In this document: piece by piece, positions 54,200 through 63,403 of the stretch | Layout of the letters: every line of letters starts with the position of its first letter | Numbering within the stretch: position 1 is the first letter of the stretch | Source: a virus | DNA: 64,000 nucleotides | Reading direction: 5' to 3' (one strand) | IMG/VR virus record: IMGVR_UViG_3300010371_000034 | Location: 1 to 64,000 of that record | Notes under the pieces: model-generated | Told to the model about the DNA's origin: nothing | The model's database searches: none | What the model saw: the letters and a program-made list of their open reading frames with translations, nothing else | Made by a program: the position numbers and the translations under genes

Positions 54200-54496
54200 T
54201 TAATCACATTGTTCCACTGCCCGCAGGCAGAACTCCACCCGCTGCGCCCCGCCCAGCCGGTCGGTGGGGAACTTGAACGTGGTGTCTCGCCAGTCGGGCA
54301 GCGCGATCAGCCTGTTGAACATTGACTGCATCACCGCATCGCTTACCGTGCCCCGCCGGTGCAGCTCAGTTATCATCGGACACAGACCGTACAGCGTGGC
54401 GAACCCCAGCGCACTCCTGACGCCCCATACGTCCGGCTGGACTTCCTCCGGCTTCCACGTCTCCGCCAGGAACAGCCATGCGGTCATCTCGTCCAC
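54200..54496 (-). CDS. Hypothetical protein
   Basis: 98-aa ORF. Confidence 0.5.
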   Translation of the reverse strand: MDEMTAWLFLAETWKPEEVQPDVWGVRSALGFATLYGLCPMITELHRRGTVSDAVMQSMFNRLIALPDWRDTTFKFPTDRLGGAQRVEFCLRAVEQCD

Positions 54497-54575
54497 ATAT
54501 CCATTCTATCACGTTGTTGATTAGCGCCTGCGCCGGACGGACGGAAATATTTTCAAGATTTTCGCGGAACCGACC

Positions 54576-54604
54576 TTGACGTGAACCGCCGCAGGCATTA
54601 TTAT
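54576..54604 (+). promoter_or_regulatory. Sigma70-type promoter, leaderless
   Basis: TTGACG-N17-TATTAT; ATG 6 nt downstream. Confidence 0.75.
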
Positions 54605-54610
54605 AAGGAT

Positions 54611-55027
54611 ATGCCGACAATCCCTAAATCCCTCGCGAATACCATCACAACCCTCATCCGCGTCCCGGAGGCGCGCGTGCTGTCCGTGCTCGTGCCATCT
54701 GACCGCAAGGGGTACTGGCCGGTGCTGCCGCGTCAGGTGCTCGCCGCCGAGGCGGGCTTCGTGCCGACCACCGGCACCATCAACCGCGTGCTCAACGGCG
54801 TACCCGCCGGCTCCTCGTCCGGCCCTGCGTCGCCCGGCCTGCTGAAGCTCGGCCTGGTCTCCAAGGTTGTGATTGACCTCGACGGCGAGACGCAGGACTG
54901 CTACAAGGCCACCCCCAGGGGCGCCGCGGCGCTCGACGCGTTCCTCGCGGCCCGCGGCGGCGCCATGCCCCCCGTCCGCGACAGGTCGTCGAGCACCAAC
55001 AAGCGGTACGACAAAGCTCACGATTAA
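54611..55027 (+). CDS. Winged-helix-like DNA-binding protein
   Basis: MPTIPKSL...LLKLGLVSK...YKATPRG. Confidence 0.7.
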   Translation: MPTIPKSLANTITTLIRVPEARVLSVLVPSDRKGYWPVLPRQVLAAEAGFVPTTGTINRVLNGVPAGSSSGPASPGLLKLGLVSKVVIDLDGETQDCYKATPRGAAALDAFLAARGGAMPPVRDRSSSTNKRYDKAHD

Positions 55028-56391
55028 ACTCCGAATATATTCCGGTACATCCTGTCCACCCGCCCGCAGACTTTCCAATGGCCGCTGCTGTGTGACGATC
55101 CCACGTGCTCGATCACCCCGATCTTCTGCAAGAACTGCATGTATTCGATCAACTTGGGCTCGCTTGCGTATCCGGCCCACCGGCTCAACGTTGAGGACAT
55201 GATCCCGCCCGCCTGCTGGTACTGCCTGCCGCTGCGGCTGTCGACCATGTAGAACCAGCGCAGCGTGTCCAGAGTCTTGCCCTTGCTGGTGTCAATAGCC
55301 CGGTCCGCCACCATCCTCATCACCTCGGCGTCCACGGCCCACTTGTTGAGCACGAACGCGTAGCAACGCGCCAGGCGTACCAGCTGCCGGCCGATACGGG
55401 TGGGCAGCTCCTTGGTATCGTGGCTGTCGGTCCTGCGAGGGTCGTTGTTGGGCTTGGCCCGCATGTCGGCCGCGAACTCGGCGAAGTCAGCGATCAGGTG
55501 CCGGTAGTACTCGCTCATTGTCACCTTGTTGATCTTCGCCACGTTGTCCCGCAGCCACTCGATGTATCCGCCGGTCATCGCGTAGGCGTTGCGCAGCTTG
55601 TGCTCGATCCCACCTGAGCTGCCGTTGCTGTGCTCGGTCACCGCGTGCCACTCGCTGTCCATCGCCGCCAGCACGATCTTGCGCCGCTCGTCGTCGGTCG
55701 GCTCGTCCAGCCAGAACCGCAGGAACCTGTCCCCCAGCCCCGACTGCTCCCAGTAGTCGATGATCATCGGGGTGCCAGCGATTACCCAGGGTGTACGCAG
55801 CCCGAAGAAGTTGAGGTCCTCGTCGGTGGTCTTGTACACCTGGCTGTAGCTGCCGTCGAATATCCTGCGGGCCTGCGCCATGATCTCCGCGAACAGCGGG
55901 GACTTGACCATCACGTCCCCCTCTGGCGTCACCCAGGTCAGGTGGTTGGCCCGCGCCAGGAACGACAGGTCCCTGCCGTCCTCGGACTTGGCGCCGCTTA
56001 CGAACCCGGTGATGCCCTCCACTATTATGCACTTCTTGGTCACCAGCATCGCGTCGCATATCACCGTCTTCATCGACCCTGCCGGCGCTATCAGCAGCAG
56101 GTGCAGCTGGTTGCCGGTCTGCGAGGTCGAGGCGGCCACCGCCAGAGCCGTCGCCAGCATGTCCGACAGCGACCGCCTCCACCGCTGCGCCGACGACCAC
56201 GCCGCGACCAGGTCGTCCCAGCTGCGGCACGGGGCGGGGTTGATCCGGTCCTTCTCTTCCCTGCCCCCGCCGGCTGCCGCCTCCTGCTTCCACTCGTCAG
56301 GCACCTCGGACACCTTCTCCAGCAGCGACTCAAGCCTGGCTATCCTCTGGCGCAGCTCGGCATTAAACCCACCAAGCAACTGCGGCATCAC
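55024..56391 (-). CDS. MCM-like AAA+ ATPase, probable replicative helicase
   Basis: LHLLLIAPAGSMKT, GFVSG, RRIFDG, IAGTP, GDRFL, PTRIGRQL. Confidence 0.65.
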   Translation of the reverse strand: MMPQLLGGFNAELRQRIARLESLLEKVSEVPDEWKQEAAAGGGREEKDRINPAPCRSWDDLVAAWSSAQRWRRSLSDMLATALAVAASTSQTGNQLHLLLIAPAGSMKTVICDAMLVTKKCIIVEGITGFVSGAKSEDGRDLSFLARANHLTWVTPEGDVMVKSPLFAEIMAQARRIFDGSYSQVYKTTDEDLNFFGLRTPWVIAGTPMIIDYWEQSGLGDRFLRFWLDEPTDDERRKIVLAAMDSEWHAVTEHSNGSSGGIEHKLRNAYAMTGGYIEWLRDNVAKINKVTMSEYYRHLIADFAEFAADMRAKPNNDPRRTDSHDTKELPTRIGRQLVRLARCYAFVLNKWAVDAEVMRMVADRAIDTSKGKTLDTLRWFYMVDSRSGRQYQQAGGIMSSTLSRWAGYASEPKLIEYMQFLQKIGVIEHVGSSHSSGHWKVCGRVDRMYRNIFGV

Positions 56392-57404
56392 TTCCTCCTC
56401 TGGTTCAGGGGCACCAGTGCGAACCCCTCGCCCATGCGCGGCTTCCTTATGTACTCGTCATCCGTTGGAACCATACCTACCGCCTCCATGAATGACCTGA
56501 TAAACATGGCAGCGACCTGCGGCACTATCGCGTTTCCGTAGGCGCTAATCTGCTCCACCGTTCCGGGAACCCTTGGAGCCAGCGGCAAAATTCCTTGTTC
56601 AGAACAGGGTACCCTCCTGAACTTACCGTCTGTGCACTCAATCCAGACAGATCGACCCCAAGGTGCAACAGCACTCTCTCGTGTAGGTTCTGCGGCTCGC
56701 CCCCTGATGCGATATTGCGCGTTGTCTCGCCGTCTTTCAGGTTCTCCAGACGATCTGCCGACGGCATCATGAAGTTGGTCTTCACCACTGTCGGCCACCC
56801 TGATACACATAGATGAACCACCTCTTCCAAGTTTGACTTGTGGCCCTTCTCGCAATCCTCTCTTAACCCGCCCATCCTGGTTGCTTGCTTCTGCACAGTA
56901 GGCCGCCCAAAATAGTCGTTGCCTCTTGTGCGGCGCAGTGACGCACGCAGCTGGTAGATCGGCGGCCCCGACTGCATATCCAACAGATTCGAGGTCATCT
57001 CGTACTCCGGCGAGCCAACCAAGTCCAGATTGACCCGCAACCTGCTCTCCAAACACGACTGGAGGTCTGCACTCCCTGATAAGCCTGAAGAACTCTGGCC
57101 ATAGATGTCGCTCATCCTCTTCTCCTAGTTGCTTGCCCGCCACGCTGAACGGTTGGCACGGGCAGCTGCCAGTCCACACTGGATTACTTGCAGACCACCC
57201 TGCGATCTCAAGCGCGTACTCCCACCCTCCGATACCCGCGAAGAAGTGGCAGCGATTGTACGCCATCAACTCGGCTGGCATAACGTCAACTATGCTGCGA
57301 CTGTCTACTACAGAGTTAGGGAACAGGTTACGTAACCACCTGGCAGCGTAGTCTTCCCACTCGTTCATGTAGACGCTGCGTAATCTTGCAGGTATTGATG
57401 GCAT
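56388..57404 (-). CDS. C5 cytosine DNA methyltransferase (alpha chain)
   Basis: FFAGIGG, PCQPFS, EQV, RQRLF, YGNAIV. Confidence 0.9.
   Translation of the reverse strand: MPSIPARLRSVYMNEWEDYAARWLRNLFPNSVVDSRSIVDVMPAELMAYNRCHFFAGIGGWEYALEIAGWSASNPVWTGSCPCQPFSVAGKQLGEEDERHLWPEFFRLIRECRPPVVFGEQVAGQSGLGWLAGVRDDLESVGYAVGAADLPAACVTAPHKRQRLFWAAYCAEASNQDGRVKRGLREGPQVKLGRGGSSMCIRVADSGEDQLHDAVGRSSGEPERRRDNAQYRIRGRAAEPTRESAVAPWGRSVWIECTDGKFRRVPCSEQGILPLAPRVPGTVEQISAYGNAIVPQVAAMFIRSFMEAVGMVPTDDEYIRKPRMGEGFALVPLNQRRK
56525..57115 (-). CDS. Nested alternative-frame beta chain of the C5-MTase
   Basis: Own RBS AGGAG; motif-IX-like LNKEFCRWLQGFP. Confidence 0.75.
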   Translation of the reverse strand: MSDIYGQSSSGLSGSADLQSCLESRLRVNLDLVGSPEYEMTSNLLDMQSGPPIYQLRASLRRTRGNDYFGRPTVQKQATRMGGLREDCEKGHKSNLEEVVHLCVSGWPTVVKTNFMMPSADRLENLKDGETTRNIASGGEPQNLHERVLLHLGVDLSGLSAQTVSSGGYPVLNKEFCRWLQGFPERWSRLAPTETR

Positions 57405-57417
57405 TAGTACGCATCCC

Positions 57418-58897
57418 TCAGCTTATCCGGTATCTTCGGCATCACTTCCTCCCTATCTTTAGCTGCGTCGGTGCAAACCCCTCGCCCATCTTCGGCTTCG
57501 CCATCTTACCGGCGTCCATCAGAGCGCGCTGAACCCTACCCACCGCCGTCTCCCAATACTCCGGGTTCTTCTCGATGCCGATAAACCGCATCCCCTCCCT
57601 CACGCACGCCACCCCGGTGGTCCCGCTACCCATGAACGGGTCGGTCACCAGCCCGCCCTTGCGCGTCACCAAGCGCACCAGCCAGCACATGAGGTCTACG
57701 GGCTTGACGGTCGGGTGCGTACCGTTGTATCCGCGGTCGTCGCTGCTCGCTTTAGAGCAGTAGAAGAACCTCGCAGCGCTGCCGGAGTCCGCATACACCT
57801 CAGAGTTCGGTATGCTGTCCCCCTTATCCGCTCCAATGTTTGCAAACCCTCCGTTACGCTTGCCGTCACACTTTCCCCGGTTGTCTCCACCCCCAGCTTC
57901 AGGAAACAACCTCACCACCTCGTCGCTACCATCGTGAGCCAGATTAGCCGGCCAGCGCCCCGTCTTAGTTCCGCAGTCTATCCTCCCTGTATTCGGGGCG
58001 GCCATCGCCCGGTTCTCGGATATAACCTGCCCGTCACGAGGAGTGACGGGCATGTCCTCAACCCCCACCCTGCACCCATCCACATTGATTCCACCCGTCC
58101 CGTACCTCATCACGTTCTGCGCCACCGTCCCGACCAGCGGCTTGCGCGCGATGATTACTGGCTCATAGCTCGGCTTGAGCGCTGTGCCCCAGCCGTTCCA
58201 CTCTGCTGCTGCTGCTGTGGCGGGTTTGGAGTGTGTTACATTAGATACAACGCCTTTTGAGCTAAGTGAAGTTACACCTATAACAGTGGTTGTTTGCGAT
58301 ATTATTTCTCTGTTGTGTAGCTCTCCCAACTCCCTGTCAATCGCCTTACTAATATCGTGTGATTTAGGAAATCCTGATCCGTACACCCATGCAGCAGTAT
58401 CTCTCACATCCCACCCAGCGTCCTCCACACCGCAGGCCAACCTGTGCCACATCCTTGTCCCACCGAACGCAGCACAGTGAGCGCCAGGCTTGCTTATACG
58501 CAGCAACTCTGCCGCCCACTCCTGGCACCACACCTGGAACAGCGGAGACCTGCCGTATGTAATTCGCTTCGTCCCATCCCGAAAGGGATGGGACGCATGA
58601 GTACCCTCGTCACACACCTCTATTCCACCGAGATGATCCGAAGTTACCTGGTTCTTCCACGGTGCATCCCAGTCCTTACCCATGAACTCCAATCCGTAAG
58701 GTGGATCGCTCACCACGCTGTCTATCGTGTCTGCAACTACCCCACGCATCACGTCCATATTGTCGGCGCATATCAGCGTGTACCCGCCGCACGGAGACGT
58801 CCACGTAGGGTACTCCTTCTGCTGCGTCGCGGCGGCCGGAGGCGCAGGTGGTGCTTGGTGCTGCTTCAGCTTGTCCGGTATCTTCGGCATCACTTCC
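57418..58897. repeat. 32-bp direct repeat (57418-57449 and 58866-58897) bracketing the amino-MTase
   Basis: tcagctt[a/g]tccggtatcttcggcatcacttcc, 31/32 identical. Confidence 0.9.
57442..58893 (-). CDS. N4/N6 DNA methyltransferase (beta order)
   Basis: SDPPY, HPTVKP, DPFMGSGTTG. Confidence 0.92.
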   Translation of the reverse strand: MMPKIPDKLKQHQAPPAPPAAATQQKEYPTWTSPCGGYTLICADNMDVMRGVVADTIDSVVSDPPYGLEFMGKDWDAPWKNQVTSDHLGGIEVCDEGTHASHPFRDGTKRITYGRSPLFQVWCQEWAAELLRISKPGAHCAAFGGTRMWHRLACGVEDAGWDVRDTAAWVYGSGFPKSHDISKAIDRELGELHNREIISQTTTVIGVTSLSSKGVVSNVTHSKPATAAAAEWNGWGTALKPSYEPVIIARKPLVGTVAQNVMRYGTGGINVDGCRVGVEDMPVTPRDGQVISENRAMAAPNTGRIDCGTKTGRWPANLAHDGSDEVVRLFPEAGGGDNRGKCDGKRNGGFANIGADKGDSIPNSEVYADSGSAARFFYCSKASSDDRGYNGTHPTVKPVDLMCWLVRLVTRKGGLVTDPFMGSGTTGVACVREGMRFIGIEKNPEYWETAVGRVQRALMDAGKMAKPKMGEGFAPTQLKIGRK

Positions 58898-59402
58898 CCC
58901 TTGCCTTCATGAATCCCTTGAGATAGTAACTCGCCAGCTCCCGCAGGTTGATTCCCGACGTTGACTCCTGTACCAGATCATGCTTGGGCGGCTCCCACCC
59001 CTCCGGCTCCTGGAACTTGCCGTCGGCATCGAACACCGCCACGCCGTCCGGGAACTTGTCCTCGTTGGCCGAGCACACCTCCTGGAAGTGTGGTTCGTCC
59101 GGCACGCCACAGGCTACCAGCGTCCCCACCAGCACGTAGTTTAGGTCGGCGCAGCCGTCGATGATTTCGTGGATGTCCAGGTCTGCTGGTACGGGCCGCG
59201 GTTCGCCGTTGATGCTGACCACGAACCCCAACGCCTTGATCGTCTCCAGCGCCTCCTCCAGGATCAGCTGCGCCCGCAGCCGCCTGGTCACTTCGTCAGG
59301 TACAGAGTACGGACCGCCGACCGATTGTCGCTTGTCGTGCCTAGCGCAGATCGACATGGTGATTAGGTTCGACACCATCACCGGACTTATCACTCCCTGC
59401 AT
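58890..59402 (-). CDS. MazG-like/PRA-PH nucleotide pyrophosphohydrolase
   Basis: LILEEALE, EIIDGCADLNYV, EVCSANEDK, PEGWEPP. Confidence 0.8.
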   Translation of the reverse strand: MQGVISPVMVSNLITMSICARHDKRQSVGGPYSVPDEVTRRLRAQLILEEALETIKALGFVVSINGEPRPVPADLDIHEIIDGCADLNYVLVGTLVACGVPDEPHFQEVCSANEDKFPDGVAVFDADGKFQEPEGWEPPKHDLVQESTSGINLRELASYYLKGFMKARGK

Positions 59403-59427
59403 GATCCACCTCCCTGGTTTCGATTCG

Positions 59428-60381
59428 TTACTTGCCCCTCAAGTGGTCCCGCACGTCGTGCCCGCTTGGCAGGCTTAGGTCGTAGCCACCCCCGCCCCAC
59501 TGCAGCCACCTGACCCGCGCGGCCACCTGTGCTATGATACCGTGAACCCTTCTGACCCCGTCGGCACCGGCCACCGATTGCTTGCCCCCCGGCATGGTAC
59601 GCGGGTGGTCGTTGTCATAGTACAGCGTCACGTCCTTGCCCCGACACAGCTCGGTCCATTCGGTACGCCATACGTTGCAACCAGGTACGGCCACCACGTT
59701 GGTGTCCGCAATGATCGACGCCGCCGGATTGCCGGTGTACTCATAACCGTCCGCTGTCCGCTTGGTGTGCCGGGCGACCTCCCACAGCGCCATCCCGTCC
59801 CACGGCCCCTCGCAGACCTCCACCCTTGGCCTCGCCGGGTCGAAGTCCAGCGCCGGCATATGCAACCTGTGCGCCTCCCCCTTCGGCCACAGACCGGGTG
59901 TCGGCATCAGCGTCCACTTCCATAGCCCGCCGCTCATCTGCTGCACCCGCTTGTACAGCTGGTCTAGTCGTCCTGCCTTGGACTCCGCAGTGTCGACGGC
60001 CGAGTATCCGGGCACCATCCACGAGCCGTCGATCACGCTGCGGCACACCCCCCAGGCGGTCAACGTCGCCCGGTCCAGGTACCCCCGCTCCTTGGCAAGC
60101 TCTTCTCCGTGCCCGTTGGTGGCGGCGTCGGACGCCTCCCACAGCTGCCGCAGGAAGGTCAGCGGGTTGCCAGACAGCCCGCAGACCCAGCAGCGCCACA
60201 GCCCGGTCTGGCTTTCCACCGAAAACTTGCCGTCCCGCCGGCAGAACGGGCAGTCTCCGACCGCCTGGCCGCCGTGGTCGTGCAGCTCGACCCCGTGGAA
60301 GCGGAATGGGCGGATAGGGTCGGCGGCAGCGTCATCGTGCCTACCGTTTCCGTTCTCAATACTAGCCGGTATAGTAGGCAA
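59428..60381 (-). CDS. DNA primase (Zn finger + TOPRIM)
   Basis: CPFC...CWVC; VCEGPWD; YYDND; HDVRD. Confidence 0.85.
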   Translation of the reverse strand: MPTIPASIENGNGRHDDAAADPIRPFRFHGVELHDHGGQAVGDCPFCRRDGKFSVESQTGLWRCWVCGLSGNPLTFLRQLWEASDAATNGHGEELAKERGYLDRATLTAWGVCRSVIDGSWMVPGYSAVDTAESKAGRLDQLYKRVQQMSGGLWKWTLMPTPGLWPKGEAHRLHMPALDFDPARPRVEVCEGPWDGMALWEVARHTKRTADGYEYTGNPAASIIADTNVVAVPGCNVWRTEWTELCRGKDVTLYYDNDHPRTMPGGKQSVAGADGVRRVHGIIAQVAARVRWLQWGGGGYDLSLPSGHDVRDHLRGK

Positions 60382-60423
60382 CCACGCCTCCTACAATTTA
60401 TCCAAGATTCTGCAAAATTGCTG

Positions 60424-60452
60424 TTGACGCAATTGGCTCACCAGTGTATTAT
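60424..60452 (+). promoter_or_regulatory. Sigma70-type promoter
   Basis: TTGACG-N17-TATTAT. Confidence 0.75.
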
Positions 60453-60522
60453 ACCATTGTCAGGTTGGTGATAGGTTAGCACTTCGCTTACCAGCCGAAC
60501 CCTGGCAATCAGGAGTTTTATC

Positions 60523-60900
60523 ATGGCCAAGGTCATCAAAAAGTTCGAGCACCCGGTTTCTGGCGGCAGCACCGCGAAGCACGACTGGGACAAGATGTTC
60601 TCCGTCGAGTCCCCCGGCGCCTACGTGATCGTCCACGGCGAGGACTTCACCGGCGATCCGCAGAACTTCGCAGTGGCGATCAAACGCAAGGCCGCGGAGC
60701 GGCACATTCACGTCAAGGTCTCGATCGGCAAGGACGAACCCAAGACGATCGCCATCACCAAGACCGGCGCGATGACTGACGAGGAAGCCGCCACGGTGGA
60801 CGCTCGCCTCGAAGCCGAGAAGCAGCGCCTCAAGGAAAAGCGGAAAGTCTCCAAGACCGATGAAGCCTCGCAGACCACCGATCAGTCTGCCGCAGCCTGA
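60523..60900 (+). CDS. Small basic, probably DNA-binding protein
   Basis: RBS AGGAG, own promoter and terminator; KHDWDKMF...GEDF. Confidence 0.75.
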   Translation: MAKVIKKFEHPVSGGSTAKHDWDKMFSVESPGAYVIVHGEDFTGDPQNFAVAIKRKAAERHIHVKVSIGKDEPKTIAITKTGAMTDEEAATVDARLEAEKQRLKEKRKVSKTDEASQTTDQSAAA

Positions 60901-60925
60901 ACCGTCACTTTCACCTGTTTCACTC

Positions 60926-60958
60926 ACACCCGCCATAACTAGGCGGGTGTCATATTTT
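60926..60958. terminator. Hairpin between convergent genes
   Basis: ACACCCGCC-ataacta-GGCGGGTGT. Confidence 0.65.
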
Positions 60959-63290
60959 ACAGCGACATCCCGGTCGCCCAGGTCTCGCTGTGGTACTCGA
61001 CGCTGACCGGCGTCGGCACCCCGATCCCCTCGCCACCCATCTCCATCAGCCGCTGGAGCGCCCGCATCCTGGGCAGGTTGGTCAGCCACGGCTCTGGCCC
61101 AGTGCCAGCCGGACAGTCGAACAGAATCTCGTCATGTATCTCAAGCGAGATGTACCCGTCCCAGCCCTCGGCGTTCCACTCTGCTATCTGCTCGCCGCAC
61201 CTGACCAGCGCTTGGTTCTTGACCCAGCAGGCCGTGCCCGACACGTGGTAGTTGAACGGCGTCGTGCTCAGCACGTACCCGTCCTCGGTGCGCGACGCCA
61301 GGATCGGGTACCCCCTGTCGGGGTCCACGAACTTGTCCGGCATGGTCTCGACGTACCCCAGCTTCTCGGCCATGTTGAGGTAGTGCCGTTGTAGCGCGCT
61401 AAGCAGAGGAAACTCGTTGTCCACCAGATCAAACGAGTTCCTGATCCCTGACAATGCGTCTCCCTTCTTGCGTCCGCAGCCGTACTGCTTGGCCAGGTCG
61501 AAGAACTTCGACCTCTTGTACAGGTTGGGCCGCTCCTTCTTGAACGCATCCTTCCTGTCAGCCAGTGGCCAGTATTCGTCGGGATAGAGCACCGACGCCG
61601 TCAGACAGTACAGGCTGCCAAAGAACGGCGGTTCGTCGGGCCGCTCGAACACCTCTACCATCTTGGGCTCGCCAGACTCGAACGCCGGTATCCTGCGCTC
61701 GATGTTGTGGTAGTCCATAGTCCACCACTCCCGGCCGGGCATCGGGCCGAAGCAGTTCCTGAGAGATTTAAGCGCCCGACCTGTTCCGCCGCACGCCCCG
61801 CAGCCCTCCCCGTCGCAGTACCCGCACTCAGCCTCCTTCTTGCTCACGTTCTGGAGGTTGGGGGAGTTAGACGCCCACCGCAGGTGGTTGGTGGCGCACG
61901 GGTTCAGGCTGGAGTGTATCCGATAGTACCCTGGGTGCTGCGTCGGCAACTGGTGCCGCTTGTACGCCAGCATGTACGTCAGCGCCGTCTCCCTAAGTCG
62001 CTTCTCCTGGAACGTCCGCATGAAGTCCAGCGCTGGGCCATCGTCCGCGGTTGCTATGTACTCGGCCAGCGCGTCCTTGTCCAGCGAGGCGTTGCCGGTC
62101 TTGCTGCTCTTGATCGGCCTCAATCCAAGGCACGGGTTCTGGCTGGTCACCAGCTCGACCGTCTTTGGATTGCGCTTGCGTCCGGCGCACTTGGGGCAGT
62201 GCTTGTCCACCGCCTCGCCGCCGTTCCAGTGCTTTACGTGCTTGACGTACTTGCACCGCGGGCATCCCTGCACCACCGCCCCGTAGAAGAACTCCCGCGT
62301 GCTGTCCGTCATCGACGTGCCAGCGGCCAGCTTGATGTCGTGCCCGAACTCTGCGGCGATCTCCACCAGCCTCTCGTCAGCCGCCGTCGTGGACTGGTCG
62401 TACTCCGCTATCATCTCGTCTGTGCTGCTGCCTATGATGGTGACGCCCCTGGACTCCATCTCATAGGCCACCCGCGGCAGCTCGCTCCTGTGCGCGAATA
62501 TCTTGCACAGCTTCCTCTCTGTCACCAGCTGCTCCATCCGCAGGTACAGGGGAAGCTCCACCGCGCTGTCGGCGTTGGCGTAGTCCAGCGCCGCGGTCCA
62601 CCACTCAAGCGGATAGCCGGACCCCTGCAACCTGGCCTTGTGGAGGTCCGTCAGCTTCGTCAGGTTCGGCTCGCGCAGTATCGCCCGTGCCAACGCCCGC
62701 AGCAGCCACATGTCGTTCTTCCACGGCTTGTCCTGCTCACGGTCGCTGCTGCCCTTCACCGACGGCATGTCCTCCAGACCCTCCCTGGCTATCCGCCAGC
62801 AGCGGGTGTCGATGCCGACGTGGGAGAACGAGTTGTCCTCAACCACCTTGCGGCACTGCTGCGTAGCCACCATCACCCGCTGCTCGAACTTGAGTATGTT
62901 GGCCTTCGGTCCAAGGTACTCGATGGCGGTGTCCGTCAGGTTGTGCGGGTGGTTGGACGCCAGCAGGTGTGCCATCACGAACGTGTCCCGAACCTTGGGC
63001 CACGGCACACTTACTCCCACCGCCTCAAGCATCCCCACGTCGAACTTCGAGTTGTGCAGGCAGACGATGTCGGCGTGGTCGATCTCCGCCTGGATTGCGG
63101 CCACGTCGTCCATGTCGACGTCCGGCTGCCGGGTGACCGGGTCCACCGGCCACTCCCACCAGGTCTGCATCCCCTGCTGGTTGCAGGTGGTCACCAGGAA
63201 CGGCCGGGAGCCGTGTTGCAAATCGACTCCCGTCGACTCGGTGTCCAGTGATATAACTACCGGTAACCGTTTCGATGGCATGATCGGCAT
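60957..63290 (-). CDS. polA: Family A DNA polymerase with 3'-5' exonuclease and Zn-finger inserts
   Basis: LDTESTG, HNSKFD, YANAD, PNLQN, DYHNIERR, KFFDLAKQYG, IHDEILF. Confidence 0.92.
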   Translation of the reverse strand: MPIMPSKRLPVVISLDTESTGVDLQHGSRPFLVTTCNQQGMQTWWEWPVDPVTRQPDVDMDDVAAIQAEIDHADIVCLHNSKFDVGMLEAVGVSVPWPKVRDTFVMAHLLASNHPHNLTDTAIEYLGPKANILKFEQRVMVATQQCRKVVEDNSFSHVGIDTRCWRIAREGLEDMPSVKGSSDREQDKPWKNDMWLLRALARAILREPNLTKLTDLHKARLQGSGYPLEWWTAALDYANADSAVELPLYLRMEQLVTERKLCKIFAHRSELPRVAYEMESRGVTIIGSSTDEMIAEYDQSTTAADERLVEIAAEFGHDIKLAAGTSMTDSTREFFYGAVVQGCPRCKYVKHVKHWNGGEAVDKHCPKCAGRKRNPKTVELVTSQNPCLGLRPIKSSKTGNASLDKDALAEYIATADDGPALDFMRTFQEKRLRETALTYMLAYKRHQLPTQHPGYYRIHSSLNPCATNHLRWASNSPNLQNVSKKEAECGYCDGEGCGACGGTGRALKSLRNCFGPMPGREWWTMDYHNIERRIPAFESGEPKMVEVFERPDEPPFFGSLYCLTASVLYPDEYWPLADRKDAFKKERPNLYKRSKFFDLAKQYGCGRKKGDALSGIRNSFDLVDNEFPLLSALQRHYLNMAEKLGYVETMPDKFVDPDRGYPILASRTEDGYVLSTTPFNYHVSGTACWVKNQALVRCGEQIAEWNAEGWDGYISLEIHDEILFDCPAGTGPEPWLTNLPRMRALQRLMEMGGEGIGVPTPVSVEYHSETWATGMSL

Positions 63291-63319
63291 GGTGATGTGT
63301 CAGCAGGTAGGTTTGCAAG

Positions 63320-63390
63320 AAAAGGAGCGCCAGACACTTACAGGTCCCCCGACCCCCCAACCCTCGCGGTGCTTGGGAATCTGGCGCTCC
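63320..63390 (-). terminator. Long-loop hairpin with T tract
   Basis: GGAGCGCCAGA/TCTGGCGCTCC followed by TTTT. Confidence 0.5.
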
Positions 63391-63403
63391 GTCCGTCCAT
63401 CGT

